NCBI GenBank assembly: GCA_964106915.2
Contig: OZ066929.1
Strand: one strand, 5' to 3'
DNA: 64,000 bases
Origin: Podarcis gaigeae
Lineage: Eukaryota
The translations under genes and the position numbers were made by a program. Each line of letters opens with the position of its first letter. The stretch's first letter is position 1. This document shows positions 1-14,400 of the stretch, piece by piece. Under the pieces are notes generated by a model. The model was not told where the DNA came from and searched no databases. It worked only from the letters and a program-made list of their open reading frames with translations.

Positions 1-827
1 AATACTGAGGCTAGTGAGCTTCTGTGCAGCCCTAAATTACGTTGCATGACGAAGCAACATCACAGCTTTTTGGAGGGATCTTTAAGACGGGACTAGTGAG
101 TCCTGGCAGAGGGCAAGAGCAAATCTTGATTTACCTTTAAGATATCCAAATATGGAGCTTGATGATGGGCAGTGCTGAGTCACTCTGTAAGATTTCCTCA
201 GTTTACTCAGTCAGGATGAGAAGCGCAGGCAGTGAAATGTGAGGCTGCTTCCGTGCTGAGCTTCTGACACTTGTTTATCTCATCTAGAGCAGACCACAGA
301 TGGGAAAGTTGTGCCACTCTGTCCTTGTACTCCTCTGGGTGACCACTTTATTAATCTTTCATCCTGATCTACTTCTACAAAGCTTATGCGGGGGCCAGAC
401 TATGTCCAGTCATTGCTGAGCATTTGTTCTTATTTGTTTGTGGGTTACATGCCTTCCAGTTAATTATTTGTTTATCACACACCTTTCAGTGCATTTCCCC
501 ATTACTTTCCTAACCTCAAAAGTCCATCATCTTCTTTAGGTGGATTTGTCACTATAGAACACTCTCATTCACTTTAATTGTACAAACCTCCAGTGTGTAC
601 TTTAAACCCTCTCTAGGGGCTGTGCTAGGAAATGTTCTCTATATATCAGAATTTTCCTGAGTAGTGCGCTGTGCTGTACATGGAATAGCTATGATTGTGA
701 CACCCTTTGCAGCTCTCTAAAAGCTATTTCATGTTTCATGTAAGTTATCTTTTGTTATGGTTATAAGCCCCATTGAAAAAATACAGATTGTGGATAACAG
801 TATACTAAATATTTCATTTCTATCGAA

Positions 828-1032
828 CAGAGCTTTCCAAACTTTTCATGTTGGTGACACAGTTTTTAGACATGCATCATTTTGTGACAGAGTAATTCAA
901 CTTTACTAGCACACCGGAGGTTAAACTAACTCCTTTCCAGCCCTGAGAGGAGCGCGGGGAGCGGTCACACAACATACACCCTGCAGCCGACACACTTCTA
1001 ACATGTCACGACGCATAGTTTGGAAAGCTCTG
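828..1032. mobile_element. Non-autonomous hAT transposon (MITE), 205 bp
   Basis: 16-bp perfect TIRs CAGAGCTTTCCAAACT / AGTTTGGAAAGCTCTG; 8-bp TSD ctatcgaa (820-827) / ctatagaa (1033-1040). Confidence 0.85.
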
Positions 1033-1153
1033 CTATAGAACATTAGAGATCCACTTCACATCACTTCACTGTAAAGTGAGATAGTGTTGGTAGGAGGATC
1101 AGACCTAGTCAGGTCTTCTGCAGGTGGCTTTTTAATGAGGGTAACTGCTAGAC

Positions 1154-1471
1154 CAGCAGTTCTGAAAGTGGGTGGTACTGCCCCCCCGGGGGGGGGGTTT
1201 ACTGGGGGAGTAAATGACTATCAGACTTTGAAAAGCTGGTATCACTGGGTCAAGTTCATCAGCTTTGTGGAATTGAACTAAATAGTTTTAATTGGGTTTT
1301 GAATAAATGTGCATTTAATTGTTACCGTTCTGAATATTACAGTATTGTGTTATTATATTTCTTAGTGGCTCATGCAAACCGCTATTGTGAATAATACATT
1401 TTATAGGGTAGGATAGCAAGCACTGGGGTTGAGTTTATGGGACCAAAGGGACAGTGGCCTGAAAACTACTA
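1154..1471. mobile_element. Degenerate hAT-like non-autonomous element
   Basis: Begins CAGCAGTTCT and ends AAACTACTA; flanked by tgctagac (1146-1153) / tgctagag (1472-1479). Confidence 0.6.
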
Positions 1472-2419
1472 TGCTAGAGGATAACTAGGGATCTGTCAGG
1501 ATAAGGGTTTTTTTCCCCTCAAGGGCAGCCCAGATCTTAGCCTCACCACTTTGTCCCCTCCCTCAACCACCACTGGTGATTTGTCTGCAAGCAAGACAGA
1601 CACATCCTCTATCACATCCAGACATACACTGATTTCTTGCTGAAGTGCATCATTGCCCATAGAGAAAGCTGTAGGTAGGCTCTCCCTGTAGACTTCGGCA
1701 GACAGCCAGGCTGGTGCAGCCTCCCATCTAACTGTGCCATTGCCAGAACTGGTGCCTGCAAGTCATGGATGCTTGAGCTGAGGTTCCTGCATTGCAGGGG
1801 GTTGAGCTCCCTTCCAACGCTACAGTTCTATGATTCTAAGTCTTTCGCTGTCAGGCCATGATGCCCAACTGCAGGCCTGCTTCCAAGAACTGTGTCCCCG
1901 TGGGGGGTGGGGGACCATCTTGGGAGTCAGGTGCTGCTGTGCTTTGTCCCACTAAGGGCTTCTTCAGAGGCACAGGAGTTTTTTATTCAAGCTAATGGAC
2001 CCGTGGAATGAGGAGTAGTGAGTGGAAAATTGGAGGGGGTCTGAGAAGTTTGCCCTGAATTGTTGCGCCTGGAGGAGGATGTTCAGAGGCTTCCAGGTTC
2101 CTTCAGGGTTTGTACATTCCAGCCTCCACTGGGCGAAGACTCTGCCTCTGAATTATTGCAGCCAATCCGCAGCCAGCCTATGTTCAGGACAGTTTCAACA
2201 TCCCTTGGCCCATCTCATTGGCCTCACTACTGTGCCAAGGGGGGCAATTCTTGGCAACTGCTGAGTGTGAGAGACCCATCAGAATCTTCTCAGAGATGGG
2301 TGTGGGGATTGACAGATTGGGAGGAGACACGACACAGTTGGTGCTAGCAGCGTTGTGGGAAGGGGGATTACCTTTCGCTGCAATTGCAACCTACTAATGC
2401 TTCCCCCCTTCTTTTTTAG

Positions 2420-5400
2420 ACTGTCAGCATCAACAAGGCCATTAATGCTCAGGAAGTTGCCGTCAAAGAGAAACACGCCAGAAATATCCTTTTGGAATTT
2501 GGCAGCTTTGGGGGAAGGTGGAGGCAGAGGCTGCGTCTGCCTTGCTGGGGCAAAATGCCCATCGTGGCCTGGCCAAGCTGAGCTGGAACAAAGCACCTGT
2601 GTTAGGATTGTGTGTGTGTGTGTTCCGTGTGTGTAGATGCTGGGCTTTGAGCCTGCTTGTTGCCTGAAAGCACTGCCCTATATTCTCCATGCTCCCTTCC
2701 TTGGAATTCTTTCCTTAGCCTGCATCTCTCACCATGCATCCTGGGGACGCACCACGAGAAAGGAGCCCACACCTTCTGGGCCGTCGTGAGCCGGCTGCCC
2801 CTCTCCAGCAATGCCGTCCTCTGCTGGAAATTTTGCCACGTCTTCCACAAGCTCCTCCGTGATGGACATCCAAATGTAAGGGCAGCAGCCTCTTCTCCCA
2901 AAGCCTCTCTCTGCTCTGGAGGTCCTGAACTGACCAGCTTCCTGTTTCTGCTTGTGGAACTCGGGTGTTGGGATGCCGGGCTGGTGATGCCAGTTCCTTT
3001 TCCCCTCCTACCTGCTTTGAAATCCACGTTGAGATGGAGCCAATGAAAGGCCTTCATTTAGAGGCTGGGGGCAGGGGAGACAGGATTCCACCTCTTTTCT
3101 TTCGGGGGCCGACTAGGACCAATGCCCTCTTTTGATTCATTACTTTTATCCTACTTCTCTGTCCACGGACACACTAAGCAGCTTACAAGGTTTAGAAATG
3201 ATCAAGGAATTGCTTGTCATTATAAAAACAAATCGTTTAAGGCAGCAGCAGATCAGATTCAATCCAGATCCAGGTTTCAGGAAGCAGAGCAGCTTTAAAA
3301 GCCAGCAGCGAAAGGTAACAGCTGAAGACCTAAAGCCTTGTTGAAACCAGTTTTCAGTAGACATTAATAAAGAAATAGCCTGACAGGCCTCCAGGGAACG
3401 AGTTCCACAATACTGAAATAGTATAATGTCACTTTTTAAAAATAAAAATAAATCCTTTTTGGTCACCACCAATTTAGTAACATATCTAATGGTGATAACC
3501 AGTAAGGAAATCTGAGATAAATATATGCTTAATTATAGCATTATGATAGTGCTCTAGCCCTATATCATTTTTTTTAAGTTGCAAAAGTCTTTGAGATTTA
3601 TTTAAAGATGAATTTACCCCCCCCCAAAAAAAAGTAGGATCATAAAGCGGTACCCACTGCAAGGGCCACCCCAGGGTTTCCCAGACATCTGAGTTCATTG
3701 ACCCCTTCAAGGGGGTCCTTAGCACTGGTTCCAGGGGGCCCTGCCTGCTCCTAGACCTGTGGGGTGTCTGGCTCATACCCTGAAAGTCCAGATCTGGTCC
3801 CAGGTCAATGCTAGGCATGACAGCTCCCTACCTGCTCCATGTGGTCCTGTTGCTACCCATTGCTGAGATAGGGTCCCGCTTCCCAGTCTACTGCCTTCAT
3901 CATATTGCTTCCTTGAGCCACCCTTTCTTTTAAACAGCCTCCTGGGCACTCCCTTTCTGATGGCGTCAATTCTCTGCCATCTGCACCATTTTTCTCAAAC
4001 TTTGTTGTCCACCTCCCCTTCTTTCAGCCTCCAGTTTTAGGGTTCAGTGCCTACCCTGCACCTTTCCTTCAGCTTCCTCGCCTCAGGGCTGCTTTCCCCC
4101 CTAAACTTCCCATGTCCCAGGACTCCTTCCTGAGATACTGCTGCCCCTGTGTGAGGTTTTATTCCCAGCCAGACTTCCAGCTGTCCTTTCCCTCACAGAA
4201 GTTGGACTGCAAACTGCCTGTAGTTCTCCATGCAGCTGAGTATTCAGTCCCACCTCACCAGCTCAGCCAAGCAGCATGGGAGGCTTTGCCACCACAAGCC
4301 CGATACAGGTTATACAGATGTGTCGCTGGCATCCAGTACCTGAAGATTTTATCAAAATCCTTGTCTCCTTTTCTCCGGCAGGTCTTGAAGGACTCTGTGA
4401 GGTACAAGAGCGAGCTCAGCGACACCAGCCGTATGTGGGTAAGTGCTGGCTGGGCCTGGAGAGAGTCCCATCATCTGCTGACAAGGTCCTGAGTCAGGGA
4501 GCCAGCTAGATGCCTCCCCTTTGGATCAGGAAGGCAGACAAGTGTGGAAGTCCGCTTGGTAATGGCACATGTTTTTTCAGAAGCTCTGAGGCACACATGA
4601 CTCCCCATTCAATAAACTAAATTTGGATCATACCGCCCCCGCCCGCCCGCCCCGCCCCCCGAGCTCCCTGCCAAATTCCCTATTCCTTGAGCCAGCTGGC
4701 CAAGCATGTTCAATTCTGAACAGTCTGCTGGTGTTTCTGTTGTTGCTGATGCTACTCTTATCAGCCCCTTCTCCTTCCCCACCTGTCTGTTGCCCTTCTG
4801 AGTTGACCTCAGGGCTCTTGGGAAGGCAAAGGGTTGTGGGTGGATGGGTGTTCCACACACCCACTGGGCATATGCTGCTAATAGTTCTTCACACCCACCA
4901 GTCTGCCTTTCCAGACATGCTCCAGTTCAGACTCTTGCTAATTGCCAATCTCTGGAGGGCAGGCACCAGTGGAGAAGGAGATCCAGCCTTTTGAAAGCTG
5001 GTCTCCCTGTCCAAAAGTCTCTGAATGAGAATGTGGGCGAGGGAAGGCATTGCGCATCCTGGAAGCTGTAAGTTGGCTTGATACTGGTTGCAAGACAGAG
5101 AGCGCGCACTGTGTGAGCCCATCTACTACTCAGCCTGTTCCAAGGTCCTTGTATGAATTTACAAAGACCCAAACGCCTTAGGTCCAGGTACCTGCGGTAC
5201 CGCTTGAAGCCTGATATCCCAGCTCAGTCAATGACGTCATCTGCAGGAGTTTCATTGGTTGCTCCCTGAGTTGGCAAGGCTCGTTTGACAAAAACAAGGA
5301 ACCAAGCCTTTAGTGTCATCGGCCCAGCCCTGTGGAACACTATGCCACTAGATATTTGACAGACACATTCTGTGCCAACTTTTAAATGCCAGCTGAAAAC

Positions 5401-8400
5401 TTTTCTATTCCGCCAGGCCTATGCAGGCAATTCAGAATTCATCTTCCCAATAGTTAATGGATGTATGTTTTCAAACATTTTTCAGGTTGTTATTTTATGG
5501 CTTTCTGGTTTCATTGCTGCAAACCACTTAGATTTTTTTTTATGATACAGCAAGATACAAATCTTTTTATAAATAAATACATAAATAAATGTATCCTGAA
5601 TAAATAAAATAGCGCCCAGGCACACACAGGCTCTCCTTCCCTCCCTCCCTCCTTCTCACCCCTGATACTGGCCAGCTCCTGCAAATCTGTGTGCCAGAGC
5701 AGCATTAGACTTCTCTTGAGCTTTGGAGATTCTCCGTGTGTGTCTTCAGGGCTGTAGCTTAGCAGGTGCCCCTTATTCTCATAGGAACATAGGAAGCTGC
5801 CTTATGCTGAGTCAGACCTTTTGTCCATCTAGCTCCATATTTTCTGCACAGACTGGCAGAGACTCCGTGGCTTCAGGCAGGAGACACTTCCCAGCTCCAA
5901 CTAGAGATGCTGGACTTGGGGCATGCTTTCTGCATGCCAAGCAGATGCTCTGTCAGTGTCCTTGTAAAAGCTCCCAGTGGAAAATGCTTATTTATTCCCA
6001 GGAGGGAGAGAGCTCCTCCTGCCAGCCCTAGCCCTCACTCTCTCCTGCCCCCTTCTCCCCCTTAGGGCCACCTGAGCGAGGGCTACGGGCAGCTGTGCAG
6101 CATCTACCTCAAACTGCTGAGAACCAAGATGGAGTTCCACACAAAAGTAAGTGGGGCTGTTTGCCTCTTCCAGTCGTCTGCAAAACACTCTGGGTACCCA
6201 AGGGATCTCTGGCTGAGCAGAGGAACAAAAAGGCCAGAGGCGGCGGCAGCAGCCTTCCTCGGGGATGCAGGATTTAGCCCCACCTGGGAACTGGATGCCA
6301 TCACCGACAGGGCATTGTGGGTCTGAATTCTCATGCAGGTGGGACAACCTGAATTGTTTTGTGGATCTGTGAATCACTCCTTTTAAAATTGACTTAGCAG
6401 CTCAGTTGAGTGGAGCATGGTGCCGATAAAAATGGTTACGGGTTTGATCCCTGTATGGGACAGCTGCATATTCCTGCATTGCAGGGGGTAGGACTAGATG
6501 ATCCTCAGGGTCCCTGCCTATGAATGGTAGCACTGGAACAGAGTAGGCTGCTTATACATAGGCCAACCATCGGTCCATCTAGTTCAGTATTGCCCCAGCT
6601 GACGGGCAGTGGCTCTGCTGGGCTTCAGGCATCAGACCCTCTCAGCCCTTCCTGGAGATGTTGCTGGGGAGACCCTGGGACCTTCTGCATGAAAGCTCTA
6701 CCAATGAGCTACAACCCTCCCCTGATTTATGGGTCCCTGGATTGGACATGCCAAAGGGAAGGACCATCTGGAGCTCCCTCTCCACCCACCACAATACTTC
6801 CGGGTGTGTCTGTTTTGCACTGTGGATGGCTCCACCTGACTCTGGCCTTTCCCTCCCTTGTGCTTTAACACAGCCAAAGAATCTGGGAAGGGAGAAGATG
6901 GAAGACAGTTTTTGTGCCCTGCTTTTATTCATCGCCAGCCACTCCTTACTGTGGGAACCACCCAGAGAACTACAGGGCAGTATAGTTATGCAGAAGAGAG
7001 CCAGAGTGGTGTAGTGGTTAGAATGCTGCCCTAGGACCAGGGACAGACCAGGGTTCAAATCCCTCACTCAGCCAGTCACTGTCTCTCAGCCTAACCTACC
7101 TCACAGGGTTGATGTGAGGATGAAATGGAGGAGGGGGAGAATCATGTGCACCACCTTGAGCTCCTTGGAGAAAAAGGTGGGATATAAATTTTAAAAATAA
7201 ATAAATAAGAGATCTGCCAACTCCTTTTGACATATGAGGGGTCGGGCTAGGTGGCCTCAAGCAGACCGGCAGGATGGTGGCATGTACCTAGGTGTATTCT
7301 CTCTCTCTCGCGCGCGCGCTCTCTCTCTCTCACACACACACACACATGTATGCAAATTGCTCCCTGGGGACAAACAGCCTGAGCTTTCTTCCTCCCTGCC
7401 TGCCTGCCTGCGCCCTTCCTTGGCTCCCAGAATGTTCCTTTGCAAGCCTCCCTTCCCGCGTTGTGATTGGCTCAAGACAGGCCCATTTGTCTCGCCTGCA
7501 TCCCGTTTGGGGAGTGGAGCCGGCAGCAGGTATTTATAGAATGGAATCCGGCTGACTGGACCAGGAAGCTTGGCTCAGAACCAGAGTCCTCAGGCAAGCA
7601 GGCAGGCGGGGAGGTCTTTGCTTCTGCAAGCCAAGCATGGTCCCCTCTGGTGGCCAGAGGGCGCTTGTGAAAAGGAGCAGTGACGAACGAGGTGGGGCAG
7701 GGGATTGCCACTGCTTCTGAAGTGTGGCCAGGCTTCACCACTGTGGCCAGGATTAGCCCAGCCCATTCTTCAGAGATCCTGTGGCCACATTCCCAGGGCT
7801 GGTTTCACATCCTCTGTTCACTTTTTCCTTTCTCAGCTGGGGTTTATGATGCAGTTCGCTGTGGTTAAAGGGATGGATGTATTTCCCCTGTGCCACCCTT
7901 CCCTGTTCTTCAAAAGGGGTCCCAGAAGAGGCCATGTCTTATTCTGGGGGAGCAGAGGGAGAGAAGTTCAACATCACCTGCCCATTGATGGAGGGGAAGC
8001 TGCTGAGGGCCATTGCTGGCTGCAGCCCCACTGCTCTTCCCACTGGGCACTGCCACTCCAGGGAGCTGGAGAGGCAAAAGCCCTGGAAGGGGGTCTGGCA
8101 GGAGGAGCCCACTTCACTGGACCTGCCTTGAGCCACAGCTTTGGCCTGACTTTCTGTCTCCCCTCATACAGAACCCCAGGTTCCCAGGAAACCTCCAGAT
8201 GTCAGATAGGCAGCTTGACGAGACCGGCGAGAATGACGTGAATAACTTGTAAGTGCTGCTTGGCAGGGGGTCGGGGGGGGCATTGGTGGTGGCTGCTTTT
8301 CCTTTCTGGGATCAGGGCAATGGTGGTGGGCAAGAGGGTGGGCTACCTGTTTGGTGGTGGCCCCAGGTGGGTGGGTGAGTGGTGGGGGCAGATTTCTTTC

Positions 8401-11400
8401 AAGCTCACAGGTTGAGGCTTTGTCAAGTCTCTTGGCTCCCCTGCTGCAGATCTCCCTCTGCTATGTGAAGCCATGAGCTGCTTCTGGGACTCCACAAAGT
8501 TCAACCTCCACATTCTCAGTGTTGCAGCATCCTCCATTCAGTCTCTCTCTTTCTCACTCAGTTTCCAACTCACTGTGGAGATGTTCGATTACCTGGAGTG
8601 TGAGCTGAACCTATTTCAGACAGGTAAGGTTTCACAGTTCAAAGCATGCCAGAAACCTCTGCAAGGCACAATTCAGGGTGGTGTGGTTAATTCATTGGCC
8701 GTTTGCCCCACTCTTTATGGATGGCAAGCATGTTTTCCCTTCCCTTAGGAAGAAATTGTTGTCCTTTGGGGCAGAGGGTGTTCCTGGACCCCCAGAAGGC
8801 ATCTCCCATTGCAAACAAAACAAAAACACCACACACACAAAATGGGAGTTTCAGTTTCAGACTAGAGAGAAGGTTGTAGAGTGGAAGAGAGCTCATCTTC
8901 CCCTTGAGGGGCACATGCATTCCAGCGTGTGTTTATCTCTTTTTGTTTCCCTTCTGCTGAGTCCTGCACTGACCTGGTGCAGATTTCCCTTTCTCTCCTA
9001 TGTATGCACCATTCTTCCACTTCCTTCTGGAATTGTCTACTCCCTGCAAATTCAGCATTATTTGCAGGAAAAGGGCAATTCAGGTCCACATATCTAATAA
9101 AGTGTGCCAGGAAACGGGGGCGGGGGATTTGAAGTGAGGCTGTGAAATAACCCAGGTTCAGCTTCTCTTCATTTTAAAACACACAAACAGAGTGGATGAA
9201 ATTAGCCAGATGCCTGCAGAGCACTAGGTGCCCAGACGCACGTTCGCCCACAAAAAATAAAAAGGCAGCAGCTTTTGCGTTGAAGAAGGCTTGGGTGAAA
9301 TGAGGATCGGGAAGAGGGACAGCTCAGGATTCCTGGCTAGGCTAGCCACGTGACAGATGGGTTGTATCTCTTAGAAGAGACATGAGGGTCCTCCTGAAAA
9401 AAGTGGAGGAGAAGGCTGTGGAGACAATGCTTCATTTTTAACCAATCTCATTTTTGGGAAGTCTCCTCTTGGATACTGTTGGGCTTCCTTAACCATTCTC
9501 ACTTTCACTGGCATATGCTGCATTTGATACCCACTGTGGTGCCACTTTTGAGTCTGGGGTTGCCTCCCTTGTTAGTTGGCCAGCTATTCTAGGGCACAAT
9601 CTTTAGAAATGACCCTTTTTTGTTGTGACTGGAACATGTACAGTACTTACCCAACCCTTTCTGCTTTCCTGTGCTCCTTCCCTTCCAGTCTTCAGCTCCT
9701 TGGACATGTCTCGCTCTGTGTCGGTCACGGCTTCCGGGCAGTGCCGCTTGGCCCCACTAATCCAGGTCATCCTTGACTGCAGCCACCTCTATGACTACAC
9801 AGTCAAACTCCTCTTCAAGCTCCACTCCTGTGAGTACAAATCTGACTGTCCCCTTGGGGACTTGGATTCCCTTCCCCCACCTCTCTCATTCATTGTGCTC
9901 CAGTTATCACAGCAATGATAGTTGGGGTGGCTGAGACATCCCACACCTCACTCCCTGCTGGAAGGATTGTAGGCACGTAGGAAGCTGTCTTATATGGAGT
10001 CAGACCAATGGTCCAGCTAGCTCAGTATTGTCTACACTGACCGGCAGCAGTTCTCCAGGGCTTCAGGCAAGGAGCCTTTTTTCCCAGCCCTCCCTTGAGA
10101 TGCCATTGGGGATTGAACCTGGCGCCTTCTGCAGACAAAGCAGGTGTTCTCCCACTGAGCTGCAGCCCTTCTCCATCTTTGATGTCAGAGCAGCTGCAAA
10201 CAGAGTCCTGTTTAATGTTGTAGCAGTTTATAGTGTTTAACTTTTCCTAAATGCCAAGAGTGCTTTACAGATACCTTGGCAGTTCTTTACCATTTCACTA
10301 TCAGTTCGGCCGATATAACTATTTCCATATTGGAGCAGGGAGAAAGAGGCTTGCATAAGGGCACTTAGTTAAGATCTTGGCCATTGTGATACGCCAGTAC
10401 CCTGGAATGTGCAAGGTAGAGTAGACAATGAAACTTCTGAGCATGTGCAGAGTAACCTTCCCTCATCACCGAATATTAAACCAGCTTCCACACTTCAGGT
10501 TAGGAGCTCAGGGAGGCTTACAAGGCTGTGACCATGCACTTCTGTCACTTAACGGTTTCTGGAGGTGCAACATTGCTTTGCCCAACCTGACAGAATCATA
10601 GAATTGCAGAGTTGGAAGGGACCCTTCCAATGCAGGAATCTGCAGCTGTTCTATACAGGGAGCATAGCGCCTGAGGGAGCAGGTGTCGCACATGTGCCTT
10701 AGCAGGGCTGACTGCTCAGCTGGTTATCTTGCTGGTGTGCGCACATCTGTCTGTCTCCCTACCTCCACAAACATCACCACCCCCAAAGGCATCGGCTGCA
10801 TAATCCAGGTTTTCCCTGATCTCACTCCCTTTCTGTGCATCTCTTCTCCAGGTCTCCCAGCTGACACACTCCAAGGCCACAGGGACCGTTTCCTGGAGCA
10901 GTTCAAAAAGTAAGTGTGTGAATAGCTCAGTTCCTGGCTGAGAGCTGGTAACAACTCAGAATTTCACATTTATTTGTTGAGAAGATTTTAAAACCGTTAG
11001 ATCAAAGAGCTCTCCAGGCGAAAATGCGAAAATCCACAAACCAATTTTATACAATTATACAATTTTATACCAATGAATATACAAATGCAATCATAGTTAA
11101 AAACACAGATAGGGCCAATAAAGCTTTGCTTCACTCTTGAGGCTGGCAGACTTCCCTCCCCCCAGACTGTCCAGAGGCCCACTCAGGATGTGTTCATGGA
11201 CTTGATTGCCTTTGCTGTTGTACTCTGCAGGCTGAAGGATCTGTTCTATCGCTCCAGCAACCTTCAGTACTTCAAGCGGCTTATTCAGATCCCACAGCTG
11301 CCTGAGGTAAGACCCTTGTGGGCCTTCAACGAATGCTACCCACAGGTTCCCATGTACTAGCATTTAAGTGGAGGGGCTGCTACTGCTGTGCCTTTTGAAC

Positions 11401-14400
11401 TCCCAAGGTGGAAGATGTGCAGGGCAGGATTGCTCCATCCTGTGTCGTGTGCCTCTACACAGTGTTGCAGTTCTCGGGTTTCCCAGCTTCACCCTTCTTT
11501 CCATCACCAGAATCCACCCAACTTCCTGCGGGCCTCGGCGCTCTCCGAGCACATCAGCCCTGTGGTTGTCATCCCAGTGGAAGCTTCATCCCCCGACAGT
11601 GAGCCCATCATGGACCTTGTGGAGATGGAAACGTCTTCTCAGAAGGTGAGTGGAGGGGCAGAGCTCCTCAAGTGAGAATCTGGTGCTGGCCCACGAGAGG
11701 AGGGGAGGGCAGCCGTGTTCTGCTTTCGGGGAATATCTCTCTATGCACCACTCCACAGGCTACTGTTCTGCAGAACATTATTTCAACTAAGCAAACTCCT
11801 CACCAGTTTCCAGCCTTGCTGTGTTCTCCTGGACGAGCCTGCTCATACAGTCAGCAGAGCCCAATGCAAAAGGACTTATTCACGTAGAGAGACCGTTGTG
11901 TGAACAAAGATGAATAAATAGAGAACCCCTTTTAGAATTTTGTATGGAAAGGAAAATGAATGAATTTGAGACATTTGGGTCTGAAGATTGGGGAAATATT
12001 GCTTAGCACAAGGAAGAACAGCTGGTTGTCATCCTCAGAGTGAAAACTTTCAATAATCTACTTGTATGTAACTGAAAGATGGAAAATCAGAAGTTCTTTT
12101 TATCTCTTTTTTTCTTCTCTATTTTTATTTCCCTCCTTTTCTCTCTCTTTTCTTCTCTTTGTGTCCTCTACTCTGGGCAGATTCCTCCTTCACAAGCAAT
12201 ACAAAGAACAGCTGTGTTTCTGCAATCTGTTTTCACCAGCGAGCCCCACCCCTGAGGGGCTCCTGGAGATGCCCCAGTGGTTTCCGATAGAGACATTCAT
12301 CAGCAATGATAGGCGTGCCAACAAACAGTTATTAAGAAAACAGAGGGGAGCAATTTGATGCATGAGGCAGTGTTGATTGGCCGGCACTGGACTTGACACC
12401 CACCCTGAGAGTGTGTTTCAAGATGGGGAGAGAAAAGCCATGTATACTGCAGGGACCTCAGTCATGGGCCAATGGCAGTGAGGGAAACACCAAAGGGAAT
12501 TACCCCTCTGGTAGCTCTCCTTCTGGGTGGATGAAGGAGGTGGGTAGTGGAAGGACCCCGAGAGAGAGGAGGGAAGTGAAGATCTCCCAGGGTGAAAGAC
12601 AGGGAGAGGAAAGGAAAGGAAAGCTCTCAGGTGAGAGCTGGGAAGGTCTGTCATTTTTTGTGGGGTTTGAGATTAAGAGTTACCTTTGGCTAGAGAGGAG
12701 ATTCTGCGTTGCACACTGCTTTTGCATTTTAGATACCCTGCTGCTGATTTTAGACAGAAGTTTATTATTTTGAAAGAGCTTTTTCAAATTGTGAACTTTG
12801 GTCCAAAAATCTATTCTTTCTATGTAATTTATCATGTAACTGGTGATATTGCAACCAATCAGGAACTTGGCTCCCTAGACTTTCCATTGATTTCAGTTTG
12901 GGTCGTGTGTCGTTGTCCCCCCACTGTAAAATCCAGAAGTTCCCTGTAAGTTGCCCATTGTCTGTCCATATTAAATCTCTTAATTGTAATTGCTTCAATG
13001 AGTGATAGCCATAAAGGTGTTTTTCTTTCCAGCAGATTTTTATATTTCTCCCTAACTTTATACAGATTCTTCCTAAGAATGTGGTTCATAAAACTCTTAC
13101 AGATTTTAGCCTTCCCATACCAAAGACATGCATGCCAGCCAAATTCTAAATCGTGACCCTCTAAATCTAGGATGTCTGCATTGTCCATTACAATCCATTC
13201 TTTTAACTAACACAAACAAGCTGCCTTATAGTACATTTGCAAGTCTGGCAGAGCAAAGCCTCCTCTTTCTTTTATATCTGTCATGATTTTATGTTTAATT
13301 CTTGGCTTTTTCCCCTGCCAGATGAATTTAGAAATATATTTTTCTCATTCTTTGAAGCAGCTTAAATTATTTACAGTTGGGATTGATTGGAATAAAAACA
13401 GCATCCTAGGCAATAAATTCATTTTAATGGCTGAAATTCTACCTAACAGGGAGTTTCATCACCCCCATATCTCTTTCTTAACCTCTTTCCACAATTTAAT
13501 ATTATTTTTAAATAGGTTGAGATTTCTTACTGTCAGCCAAATTCCCAAATATCTAACTTTTTTACCTATTTACAAACCAGACATCCTTTCTAAAAAAATA
13601 TATTAAAAAATTGACTGCTCATCCATGTTTTTGACCAACATTTCGGTTTTATCTGAATTTACTTTAAAACCCACCAGTTCTCCAAACCTTTTAATTTCTT
13701 CTAATGCTTTGGGAATGCTCTCCAAAGTGTCAACACCACATCATCAGCAAATGCCCTTGATTTTTTAAACTCTACGTCCCACCTCAATACTTTTAATTTC
13801 CCTATTTCTCCTTATATTCTGAAGCAATATTTCTAATGCCATAAACAACAGTGGAGACAGGGACAGCCTTGTCTTGTTCCTTTTTCTATTGAGCATTTGT
13901 CTGAAATAATATTATTTATTAATATATTTACGGATTGATCAGTATAGATTGCTTTAATTCCTGCTAGGAAAGAGTTACCTATTTCCATTTTCTCTAAAAC
14001 CTTGATCACGAATGAACATGAAATTTTATTGAAGGCTTTCTCCGCCTCTAGAAAGATTAGAGCAGCCTGTTTTTCATTTCTTACTTCCAAATACTCTATT
14101 AAATTAATTACATTTCTTATATTGTCCTTTTTTTGTGAGCCTGGTAAAAACCCAGCTTGGTCTCTGTGGACTGACTCAGTTAGTGTCCTTTTCAGTCTAT
14201 TAGCTAAAATTGTAGGAAATAGTTTCTAATCATAGTTCAGTAATAAAATAAATAAATAAAAAACTGAAATAAAAATTGTGCTTGCTGGAGTTTAATCGCT
14301 TGAGATATTTCTGGTTTTGCGATTAACTCCTTCTCCTTCTTCAGTAAGGCATCTGATATCTCCTGCTTCTTTTTTCTCCTTTCCCTTTTATGAAAAGCAC

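Noticed and set aside
11900-12170. AT-rich stretch resembling a plus-strand L1 3' end, possibly a twin-priming partner of the minus-strand L1
   Set aside because: The geometry does not fit twin priming and the identity cannot be confirmed by eye.
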